Positions 50,714-63,100 of a stretch of DNA of 64,000 nt are shown piece after piece. How positions within the stretch are numbered: the stretch's first letter is position 1; the number at the start of each line of letters is the position of its first letter. Below the pieces are notes generated by a model. The model made no database searches and was not told where the DNA came from. It saw only the letters and a list, made by a program, of their open reading frames with translations. Made by a program: the position numbers and the translations under genes. Source of the stretch: Nemertoderma westbladi (lineage: Eukaryota; Animalia; Xenacoelomorpha); NCBI GenBank assembly GCA_032718475.1, contig JAUCBJ010009151.1:62001-126000 (forward strand), written 5' to 3'.

Positions 50714-51291
50714 TGTGACGGGATCCGAGAATCCCGATTTATCCGGTTTTGGTTATCTCGCCTACGCATCCCCGCCGTGTGTGTGAAAAGAGTTCTAATG
50801 TTATTGAGTTACTCTCTGTTGTTGGATCGTATGTATAGTATATATATATATATAAGATAAAGTATTAGCACAGTGATTGTAATAACTGAGTGAATGAGTA
50901 CCGGTAGGATGGTTGAATGATGGCGGCAGTGGACGGTGACAAGAGTTACCGTTCCGCCCTAACTGAACTGACTAACTGAGTGAATAAATGACACTGTAAC
51001 TGACAATATATTGGACTGGTTGGCCGTAATACAATACTCAGTGGATGCCTGCCCCCCATTGGCTAATAACTCACTTCTCGCCTCCCATCTCTCTGGGAGT
51101 GTTTTCCCCCCCCCGCTACTGTTATTCTCTCTCTTGGAGGTATAACCTCTGACCCCCTTTGTGTGTTTCTTTGGGGTTTGTCGTCCCCGTTTATTGGGGT
51201 GACACGAGGTTGATTGGTAATCAACCTCGTGCTCCCAATATTGCTTAAAGCTAACTTTGTGGGGTGGCTAGCGGAATTGAATTCGCTAACA
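50714..51291 (-). repeat. BEL-2 5' LTR
   Basis: Direct repeat of 39918-40485 except for the terminal ~25 bp. Confidence 0.95.
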
Positions 51292-54200
51292 TAGCCACTG
51301 TTATACTGACTGGTAATCGCTACACTCGTGTTGCCACTGTTACACCAACTGGTAATCGCTGCACTTGTGTAGCCACTGTTATACCGACCAGTAATCGCTT
51401 CACTCGTGTAGCCACTGTTATACCGACTGGTAATTGCTACACTCATTTAGCCATCCTTATACCGTCCAGAAATTACTGCACTTGTGTAGCCACTGTTATA
51501 CCAACCAGTAATTGCTGCACTCATGTAGCGACTGTTATACCGACCGGTAAATGCTACACTCCTTTAGCCACTGTTATACTGACCAGTAATTGCTGCACTC
51601 GTGTATCCACTGTTACACCAACTGGTAATCGTTGCACTCATTTGCCACTGTTATACCAACCGGTAATCGCTGCACTTGTGTTGCCACTGTTACACCAACT
51701 GGTAATCGGTGCACTCGTTTAGCCACTGTTATACCAACCGGTAATCGCTGCACTCATGTAGCCACTATTATACGACCGGTAAATGCTACACTCGTTTAGC
51801 CACTGTTATACCGACTAGAAATCGCTGCACTCGTGTAACCACTGTTATACCAACCAGTAATCGCTGCACTCATGTAGCCACTGTTATACCGACCGGTAAT
51901 CGCTGCGCTTATGTAGCCACTGTTATACTGACCAGTAATCACTGCACTCGTGTAGCCACTGTTACACTGACCAGTAATCGCTGCACTCGTGTAGCCACTG
52001 TTATACCAACTGGTAATCGGTGCACTCATTTAGCCACTGTTATACCAACCGGTAATCGCTGCACTCGTGTAGACACTGTTATACCGACCGTTATTTGCTA
52101 CACTCGTTTAGCCGCTGTTATACCAACCGGTAATCGCTGCACTCGTGTAGCCATTGTTATACCGACTGGTAATCGCTGCACTCGTGTTGCCACTGTTACA
52201 CCAACTGGTAATCGCTGCACTCGTGTAGCCACTGTTATACCGACCATTAATCGCTGCATTCATGTAGCCACTGTTATACCAACTGGTAAACACTGCACTC
52301 GTGTAGCCACTGTTACACCAACTGGTAATTGCTGCACTCGTGCAGCCACTGTCATACCGACTGGTAATCGCTGCACTCGTTTAGCCACTGTTTTACCAAC
52401 TGGTAATCGCTGCACTCGTGTAGCCACTTTTATACTGACTGGTAATTGCTACACTCGTTTAACCACTGTTATACCAACCAGTAATTGCTGCACTCATGTA
52501 GCCACTGTTATACCAACCGGTAATCGCTGCACTCGTGTAGCCACTGTTATACCGACTGGTAATTGCTACACTCGTGTAGCCACTGTTATACCGACCAGTA
52601 ATCGCTGCACTCGTGTAGCCACTGTTATACCAACCGGTAATCGCTGCACTCGTGTTGCCACTGTTACACCAACTGGTAATCGCTGCACTCATGTAGCCAC
52701 TGTTATACCGACCAGTAATCGCTGCACTCGTGTAGCCACTATTATACCAACCAGTAATCGCTGCACTTGTGTAGCCACTGTTAAACTGACCAGTAATCAC
52801 TGCACTCGTGTAGCCACGGTTATACCAACCGGAAATCGCTGCACTCGTGAAGCCACTGTTATACCGACTGGTAAATGCTACACTCGTTTAGCCACTGTTA
52901 TACCGACCGGAAATCGCTGCACTCGTGTAGCCACTGTTATACCAACCGGTAATCACTGCACTCATGTAGCCACTGTTACACCAACTGGTAATCGCTGCAC
53001 TCGTTTAGTCACTGTTATACCGACCGGTAATCGCTGCACTCGTGTTGCCACTGTTACACCAACTGGTAATCAATGCACTCGTGTTGCTGCTGTTATACCG
53101 ACCAGTAATTGTTGCACTCATGTAGCCACTGTTACACCGACCAGTAATCGGTGCACTCGTTTAGGCACTGTTATACCAACCGGTAATCGCTGCACTCGTG
53201 TAGCCACTGTTTTACCGACCGGTAAATGCTACACTCGTTTAGCCACTGTTATACCGACCGGATATCTGCACTCGTGTAGCCACTGTTATACCGACCGGTA
53301 ATCGCTGCACTCGTGTAGCCACTGTTATACCGACCGGTAATCGCTGCACTTGTGTAGCCACTGTTATACTGACCAGTAATCACTGCACTCATGTAGCCAC
53401 TGTTATACCAACCGGTAATCGCTGCACTCGTGAAGCCACTGTTATACCGACTGGTAAATGCTACACTTGTTTAGCCACTGTTATACTGCCCGGAAATCGC
53501 TGCACTCGTGTAGCCACTGTTATACTGACCTGTAATTGCTAAGCTTGTTTAGCCACTGTTATACCAACCGGTAATCACTGCACTCGTGTAGCCACTGTTA
53601 TACCGACTGGTAATTGCTAAACTCGTGTAGCCACTGTTACACCGACCAGTAATCGCTGCACTCGTGTAGCCACTGTTATACCAACTGGTAATCGGTGCAC
53701 TTGTTTAGCCACTGTTATACCAACTGGTAATCGCTGCACTCATGTAGCCACTTTTATGCTGACTGGTAATTGATACACTCGATTAGCCACTGTTATACCA
53801 ACCGGTAATCGATGCACTCGTGTAGCCACGGTTATACCGACTGGTAATTGCTACACTCGTGTAGCCGCTGTTGCACCAACCGGTAATCGCTGTACTCGTG
53901 TAGCCACTGTTATACCAACCAGTAATCGCTGCACTCGTATAGCCACTGTTATACCAACTGGTAATCGGTGCACTCGTTTAGCCACTGTTACTCCAACTGG
54001 TAATCGCTGCACTCGTGTATCCAGTATTATACCAACCGGTAATCGCTACACTTGTGTAGCCACTGTTATACCGACTAGTAATTGCTGCACTCGTTTAGCC
54101 ACTGTTATACCAACTGGTAATCGCTGCACTCGTGTAGCCACTGTTACACCAACTGGTAATCGCTGCTCTTGTGTAGCCACTGTTATACCGACCAGTAATC

Positions 54201-57095
54201 GCTGCACTCGTGTAGCCACTGTTATACCAACCAGTAATCGCTGCACTCGTGTTGCCACTGTTACATCAACTGGTAATCGCTGCACTCATGTAGCCACTGT
54301 TATACGAACCGGTAATCACTGCACTTGTGTAGCCACTGTTACACCGACCAGTAATCGCTGCATTCGTGTAGCCACTGTTATACCAACTGGTAATTGGTGC
54401 ACTCGTTTAGCCACTGTTATACCAACCGGTAATCGCTGCACTCGTGTAGCCACTGTTTTACTGACCGATAAATGCTACACTCGTTTAGCCACTGTTATAC
54501 CGACCGGATATCTGCACTCGTGTAGCCACTGTAATACCGACCGGTAATCGCTGCACTCGTGTAGCCACTGTTATACCTACCGGTAATCGCTGCACTTGTG
54601 TAGCCACTGTTATACTGACCAGTAATCACTGCACTCGTGTAGCCATTGTTATACCAACTGGTAATCGCTGCACTCGTGTAGCCACTGTTATACCAACTGG
54701 AAATCGGAGCACTCATTTAGCCACTGTTATACCAACTGGTAATCGCTGCACTCGTGTAGCCACTTTTATACTGACTGGTAATTGCAACACTCGTTTAACC
54801 ACTGTTATACCAACCGGTAATCGCTGCACTCGTGTAGCCACTGTTATACCGACCAGTAATTGTTGCACTCATGTAGCCACTGTTATACCAACCGGTAATC
54901 GCTGCACTCGTGTAGCCACTGTTATACCGACTGGTCATTGCTACACTCGTGTAGCCACTGTTATACCGACCAGTAATCGCTGCACTCGTGTAGCCACTGT
55001 TATACCAACCGGTAATCGCTGCACTCGTGTAGCCACTGTTATACCGACCAGTAATCGCTGCACTCGTGTAGCCACTGTTACACCAACTGGTAATCGCTGC
55101 ACTCGTGTAGCCACTGTTATACCGACCAGTAATCGCTGCACTCGTGTAGCCACTGTTATACCAACCAGTAATCGCTGCACTTGTGTAGCCACTGTTATAC
55201 TGACCAGTAATCACTGCACTCGTGTAGCCACGGTTATACCAACCGGTAATCGCTGCACTCGTGAAGCCACTGTTATACCGACTGGTAAATGCTACACTCG
55301 TTTAGCCACTGTTATACCGACCGGAAATCGCTGCACTCGTGTAGCCACTGTTATACCGACTGGTAATTGCTACACTCGTTTAGCCACTGTTATACCAACC
55401 GGTAATCGCTGCACTCATGTAGCCACTGTTATACTGACTGGTAATTGCTACACTCGTGTAGCCACTGTTACACTGACCAGTAATCGCTGCACTCGTGTAG
55501 CCACTGTTATACCAACCGGTAATCACTGCACTCATGTAGCCACTGTTACACCAACTGGTAATAGCTGCACTCGTTTAGCCACTGTTATACCGACCAGTAA
55601 TCGCTGCACTCATGTTACCACTGTTACACCAACTGGTAATCAATGCACTCGTGTTGCCGCTGTTATACCGATGAGTAATTGCTGCACTCATGCAGCCACT
55701 GTTACACCGACCAGTAATCGGTGCACTCGTTTAGGCACTGTTATACCAACCGGTAATCGCTGCACTCCTGTAGCTACTGTTTTACCGACCGGTAAATGCT
55801 ACACTCGTTTAGCCACTGTTATACCGACCGGATATCTGCACTTGTGTAGCCACTGTTATACCGACTGGTAATCGCTGCACTCATGTAGCCACTGTTATAC
55901 CGACCGGTAATCGCTGCACTTGTGTAGCCACTGTAATACTGACCAGTAATAACTGCACTCGTGTAGCCACTGTTATACCAACTGGTAATCGCTGCACTCG
56001 TGAAGCCACTGTTATACCGACTGGTAATGCTACACTCATTTAGCCACTGTTATACCGACCAGAAATCGCTGCACTCGTGTAGCCACTGTTATACTGACCG
56101 GTAATTGCTAAGCTTATTTAGCCACTGTTATACCAACCGGTAATCGCTGCACTCGTGTAGCCACTGTTATACCGACTGGTAATTGCTACACTCGTGTAGC
56201 CACTGTTACACCGACCAGTAATCGCTGCACTCGTGTAGCCACTGTTATACCAACTGGTAATCGGTGCACTTGTTTAGCCACTGTTATACCAACTTGTAAT
56301 CGCTGCACTCATGTAGCCACTTTTGTACTGACTGGTAATTGCTACACTCGTTTAGCCACTGTTATACCAACTGGTAATCGCTGCACTCGTGTAGCCACAT
56401 TTATACCGACTGGTAATTGCTACACTCGTGTAGCCGCTGTTCCACCAACCGGTAATCGCTGTACTCGTGTAGCCACTGTTATACCGACCAGTAATCGCTG
56501 CACTCGTGTAGCCACTGTTATACCAACTGGTAATCGGTGCACTCGTTTAGCCACTGTTATACCAACTGGTAATCGGTGCACTCGTTTAGCCACTGTTACA
56601 CCAACTGATAATCGCTGCAATCGTGTATCCAGTGTTATACCAACCGGTAATTGCAGCACTCGTGTAGCCACTGTTATACCGACTAGTAATCGCTGCACTC
56701 GTTTAGCCACTGTTACACCAACTGGTAATCGCTGCACTCGTGTAGCCACTGTTACACCAACTGGTAATCGCTGTCCTTGTGTAGCCACTGTTATACCGAC
56801 CAGTAATCGCTGCACTCGTGTAGCCACTGTTATACCAACCGGTAATCGCTGCACTCGTGTTGCCACTGTTATACCAACTGGTAATTGCTGCACTCGTGTA
56901 GCCACTGTTATACCAACCAGTAATCGCTGCACCAGTGTAGCCACTGTTATACCAACCGGTAATCGCTGCACTCATGTAGCCACTGTTATACCAACTGGTA
57001 ATCACTGCACTCGTGTAGCCACTGTTACACCAACTGGTAATTGCTGCACTCGTGCAGCCACTGTCATACTGACTGGTAATTGCTGCACTCGTGTA
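51292..57095. repeat. 39-bp satellite, block 4
   Basis: Continuous array. Confidence 0.97.
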
Positions 57096-60000
57096 CTACT
57101 ACTACTAGGTCGAGCGAACTCGGACAGTGGAAATGAGATCCTTCCAGGCTTCCCGATTCTCCATAGTTGTCGCAATTTCGTTTCTCCCAAGTTCAGTATC
57201 CCTTTCAAGTTGATCTATATATGTTATGGCCGGTCGTCCACGACTACGCTTTCCATGAGTTAGTTGCCAGAGAAGTATATCTGGTATGACCTCGTCTTTA
57301 CTTCGCCAGCAGTGCCCACTGAATCTTAATCTGCGTTCACGGAGGGTGGTTGATACAGGTGGTATTGTACCATAAAGCTCGGCGTTTGTCATGTGTTGTC
57401 TCCAGCTGATGTTTAGGGCTGCCCTTAGTAGTCTTGTGTAGCAACCATCAATTCGTTGTTCAAGTGATTTAGTCAGTGTCCAGGTCTCACCCCCGTATAA
57501 AAATACACTTTCCACTGTGGCTCGAAAGAACTTAGTCTTCAGGTGCCTGGAGAGATCTGATTTCCAGATGGTATCCATTTTTGATAGAGCTACCCAAGCC
57601 TTTGCTTTCCTAACTTCTATGTCCTTTTTGCTACTCCTATCCATGATCCAAGGTACTGGAAGTCATCGACCTGCCTTAGTTGATTATTATCAATGGTTGT
57701 CAAGTTTCCATCAACATTAAAGGTCATGAATTCGGTCTTGGTAGCATTTATATGCAATCCAACCTCCTTAGCAGCCCTCTCCACTTTATTTAGTAGAAGC
57801 TGTGCATCTCCTAGCGTATTAGAGAGCAGGGCGATGTCATCCGCAAAGTCGGTGTCTGTGACTGTAGTTGCCGGATATCTACTACTTCTGCGTTCTTGAA
57901 GTGTGAATCCCAGATCTTCACCCTTTGTGGCCGTCCTCATTGCGTAATCCAGCATAATTACAAATTGTAATGGTGCTAATGTGTCACCTTGCAGTACGCC
58001 AGCCAGGATTGAGAAAAACTCAGTTTCACCATCTGGTGAGAGTACCTGCGCTTCTGTGTCACAATATAGCAATCCAATGCCAGCAACAATTACTTCTGGT
58101 ATTCCATAAGCTCTTAGGATTTCAAGCATTTTACCTCTATGGATGGAGTCGAATGCCTTCTTGAAGTCCACAAAAGTCATGACTGCGAGGAGATTCATTG
58201 ACTTAATTCCTTCAATCAGTCTCCGTAGTGCAAGTATCTGAGCTATTGTTGATCTACTTGGTCGAAATCCGTTTTGGCTCTTACGCAGTAGTTTCTCTAT
58301 GTGAGGCCTAATCCTATATAGAATCATTTTATTGTATATTTTGGCAGCTACCACAAGCAGACAGATCCCACGATAGTTTGTTGGTATACCGAGGTCTCCT
58401 TTCTTGGGGAGAGGCTTTAGTTGACCTTTAGTCCAAATTGGTGGTGGCTTTTCCCCTTTTAACATCCGGTTGCAAACATTCAATAATGGTCTATTTAGCA
58501 CTCCGGTTTTCCATACCTCCGCTGGGATTTCATCTAATCCACTCGCTTTATTATTGGACATGCTTTTAACGCTTCTTTGGAGTTCGGCAGGTGTGAAGTC
58601 CCCTGTTTCTATAGGTAGTGTCTTGTCATATATTTTCCTTGTAGGGCTGACCTCGATGTTTGGTGGCTGCCCAAGCAAGTTGCTGAAGTGATTTTTCCAC
58701 TTCCCAACACGTTCTTCGGGACTATCGGCTTTGAGGCGCCCCTTTGCACAACTTTTCCGACCAGATACCTCATTTACAGTTTGCCAGGTAAGTCTTGATT
58801 GTTGCTGTATGTGAGCAGTTGTAATTGCTTCAGTTTTATCCTGTATGTAATTTTCCTGGCTGATGTTGTAGGCCAATTTAATATCGTCCTTAGCTTTCTC
58901 AACCTTGTTAATGTTTTCGGTTGTTGGTTGTTCGGTTTTAACTTTGTAGGCTATCTTAAGATCTTCTCTCTTACAAGTAACCTCAGAGTTTTGCCATGGC
59001 ACATACTGTTTTCGTTTAGCTTTCTGGGGGATATGCCTCTTAGCTGATTCCTTGTGGGCTGTTATTATATTCTGGTATATTGAATCGGTGGATTGGTCTT
59101 CATCCATTGACTGAAGTGCTTCAAAGCGGTTTTGAACTTCTACTGTATAAGCATCCTTTACAGTTTTGTCAGTTCTGAGTTTCTCCCAGTCATAGTTGAT
59201 TTGCTTGCTTGTCCTGGGTTTGCTGGCTCTCAAACTGAGTCTGATCTCTGCAGTCACAATTCTGTGGTCCGAACCAATTAGGTTGAACGAGCTGTATGCC
59301 TCGCAGTTGATCATGCTATTTCTCCACTTTTTGTTTATAAGGATATAATCCAGTTGTGCTTTGGTTCCATTAGGGTATTGAAAGGTCCATAGCTTCCCCT
59401 TACTCTTTTCGAATGTGTTGTTTGTTGGTATCAATTCACATTCTTCCATTAGGTCGAAAAGTAAGTACCCATTTCTGTTAGAACAGGTGTTATAGGTGTA
59501 ACCCTTGATGTCTTCTGGGCCAATTTGCGCATTCAGGTCACCAGCAATGACTTTAACATTGTGTTTCGGGATGTCCTTAATAAGTCCAGTCAGTTCTTCA
59601 TAAAACTTGACTGCTTGTTCTGGCTCTGATGCATTGGTTGGACTGTAGCAACATATAACTGTTGTCTTGGGATTCCCATCAAATGTTGCGATCATAACCC
59701 TGGAATTTATAGATTCGATGTTGTTTAGGGTCTTAAGTGCAAATGGGCTTAGCAGAATTCCTACTCCACCAATTGATGCATTGGCCGAGTTTCTTACTGC
59801 TGAGCTTGTTACTAACGTCCATCCATTTCCAATGTCATTGTACTTCATGGCAGTGTCTTCATGACAAATCCGATGTTCTTGGATGCAGATGATGTCGATG
59901 TTATATTCCATTGCCAGAGCGACCATGTCACCCTGTTTGCTCTGTGCTTTCAGCGTGCGTGCGTTCATTGTAGCAATCTTTAGTGTCTTTTTACATTTCA

Positions 60001-60197
60001 ACAGGTTGGTTCTTCTTTCTTCTCTGTCTTCTGTTCCAGTAGCCAATTTATCGAACCCAGCCTGGTGTACCACTGAGGGACGCGGTCCTTGTTGACCCGG
60101 GCGACGACCGAGCCGGTACTTCTCCTGGAGGGTTCTTATACTCATATCTTTCAGTTGCGGGGGTAAACCGCTTGTGGTCGCAACTCCTACAAGCGTC
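57096..60197 (-). mobile_element. RTE-clade LINE with (TAG)n 3' tail; only TA duplicated at the junctions
   Basis: (CTA)4 at 57096-57107 on plus; single APE-RT ORF; satellite resumes in register (GTGTA|...|TAGCCACAG). Confidence 0.9.
57105..60145 (-). pseudogene. RTE APE endonuclease-reverse transcriptase, one frameshift near 57640
   Basis: IATMNARTL, CIQEHR, CYSPTN, GDLNAQIG, QLDYIL, SDHRIV; NYRGICLL, DFKKAFDSI, GVLQGDTLAP, DFADDIALL, YLGSWI; C-terminal RRLRFSGHCWR and RGRP typical of RTE. Confidence 0.92.
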
Positions 60198-63100
60198 TAG
60201 CCACAGTTATACCAACCAGTAATCGCTGCACTTGTGTTGCCACTGTTATACCGACCGGTAATTGCTGCACTCATGTAGCCACTGTTATACCGACCAGTAA
60301 TTGCTACACTCGTTTAGCCACTGTTATACCGACCGGTAATTGCTACACTCATTTAGCCACTGTTATACTGACCAGTAATTGCTGCACTCGTGTAGCCACT
60401 GTTATACTGATCAGTAATCACTGCACTCTTGTAGCCACTGTTATACCAACTGGTAATCGCTGCACTCGTATAGCCACTGTTATACCGACCAGTAATCGCT
60501 GTATTTGTGTAGCCACTGTTATACCAACTGGTAATCGCTGCACTCATGTAGCCACTGTTATACCAACAGGTAATCGCTGCACTCGTGTAGCCACTGTTAC
60601 ACCGACCAGTAATCGCTGCACTCGTGTAGCCACTGTTATACCAACTGGTAATCGGTGCACTTGTTTAGCCACTGTTATACCAACTGGTAATCGCTGCATT
60701 CATGTAGCCACTTTTGTACTGACTGGTAATTGCTACACTCGTTTAGCCACTGTTATACCAACCGGTAATCGCTGCACTCGTGTAGCCACGGTTATACTGA
60801 CTGGTAATTGCTACACTCGTGTAGCCGCTGTTCCACCAACCGGTAATCGCTGTACTCGTGTAGCCACTGTTATACCGACCAGTAATCGCTGCACTCGTGT
60901 AGCCACTGTTATACCAACTGGTAATCGGTGCACTCGTTTAGCCACTGTTATACCAACTGGTAATCGGTGCACTCGTTTAGCCACTGTTACACCAACTGAT
61001 AATCGCTGCAATCGTGTATCCAGTGTTATACCAACCGGTAATTGCTGCACTCGTGTAGCCACTGTTATACCGACTAGTAATCGCTGCACTCGTTTAGCCA
61101 CTGTTACACCAACTGGTAATCGCTGCACTCGTGTAGCCACTGTTACACCAACTGGTAATCGCTGTCCTTGTGTAGCCACTGTTATACCGACCAGTAATCG
61201 CTGCACTCGTGTAGCCACTGTTATACCAACCGGTAATCGCTGCACTCGTGTTGCCACTGTTATACCAACTGGTAATTGCTGCACTCGTGTAGCCACTGTT
61301 ATACCGACCAGTAATCGCTGCACCCGTGTAGCCACTGTTATACCAACCGGTAATTGCTGCACTCATGTAGCCACTGTTATACCAACTGGTAATCACTGCA
61401 CTCGTGTAGCCACTGCTACACCAACTGGTAATTGCTGCACTCGTGCAGCCACTGTCATACTGACTGGTAATTGCTGCACTCGTGTAGCCACAGTTATACC
61501 AACCAGTAATCGCTGCACTTGTGTTGCCACTGTTATACCAACCAGTAATCACTGCACTCATGTAGCCACTGTTACACCAAATGGTAATCGCTGCACTCAT
61601 GTAGCCACTGTTATACCGACTAGTAATCGCTACACTCGTGTAGCCACTGTTACACCAACTGGTAATCGCTGCACTTGTTTAGCCACTGTTATACCGACCG
61701 GTAATCGCTGCACTCGTGTTGCCACTGTTACACCAACTGGTAATCGCTGCACTCGTGTTGCCGCTGTTATACCGACCAGTAATTGCTGCACTCATGTAGC
61801 CACTGTTATACCAACCGATAATCGCTGCACTCGTGTAACCACTGTTATACCAAACCGGTAATCGCTGCACTAGTGTAGCCACTGTATACTGACCAGTAAT
61901 CGCTGCACTCGTTTAGCTACTGTTAAAGCAACCGGTAATCGCTGCACACGTGTAGTCACTGTTATACCAACCAGTAATCGCTGCACTCATGTAGCCACTG
62001 TTATACCGACCGGTAATTGCTACACTCATTTAGCCACTGTTATACCAACCGGTTATCGCTGCACTCGTGTAGCCACTGTTATACCAACCAGTAATCTCTG
62101 CACTCGTGTTGCCACTGTAACACCAACTGGTAATTGCTGCACTCATTTAGCCACTGTTATACCGACCGTAAATCACTGCACTCGTGTAGCCACTGTTATA
62201 CCAACTGGTAATCGGTGCACTCGTTTAGCCACTGTTATACCAACCGGTAATCGCTGCACTCGTGTAGCCACTGTTTTACCGACCGGTAAATGCTACACTC
62301 GTTTAGCCACTGTTATACCGACCAGATATCTGCACTCGTGTAGCCACTGTTATACCGACTGGTAATCGCTGCACTCGTGTAGCCACTGTTATACTGACCG
62401 GTAATCGCTGCACTTGTGTAGCCACTGTTATACTGACCAGTCATCACTGCACTCGTGTAGCCACTGTTACACCGACCAGTAGTCGCTGCACTCATGTAGC
62501 CACTGTTATACCAACTGGTAATCACTGCACTCGTGTAGCCATTGTTATACCAACCGGTAACCGCTGCACTCGTGAAACCAATGTTATACCGACTGGTAAA
62601 TGCTACACTCGTTTAGCCACTGTTACACCAACTGGTAATCGCTGCACACGTGTAGCCACTGTTATACCGACCAGTAATCACTGCACTCGTGTAGCCACTG
62701 TTACACCAACTGGTAATTGCTGCACTCGTGTAGCCACTGTTATACCAACCGGTAATCACTGCACTCGTGTAGCCACTGTTACACCGACCAGTAGTCGCTG
62801 CACTCATGTAGCCACTGTTATACCAACTGGTAATCGTTGCACTCGCTTAGCCACTGTTATACCAACTGGTAATCGCTGCACTCATGTAGCCACTTTTATA
62901 CTGACTGGTAATCGCTGCACTCGTGTAGCCACTTTTATACCGACTGCTTAATTGCTACACTCGTTTAACAACTGTTATACCAACCGGTAATCGCTGCACT
63001 CGTGTAGCCACTGTTATACCGACTGGTAATTGCTACACTCATGTAGCCACTGTTATACCGACCAGTAATAGCTGCACTCGTGTAGCCACTGTTATACCAA

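Larger units (their letters stand above)
39918..51291 (-). mobile_element. BEL/Pao-like LTR element 'BEL-2', ~570-bp LTRs, 5-bp TSD TAGCC; lacks RT/RH/IN; carries extra 3' ORF
   Basis: LTRs 39918-40485 and 50714-51291; TAGCC at 39913-39917 and 51292-51296; PPT GGGGGGAG on minus next to 40485; Pao-type gag-PR. Confidence 0.92.
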
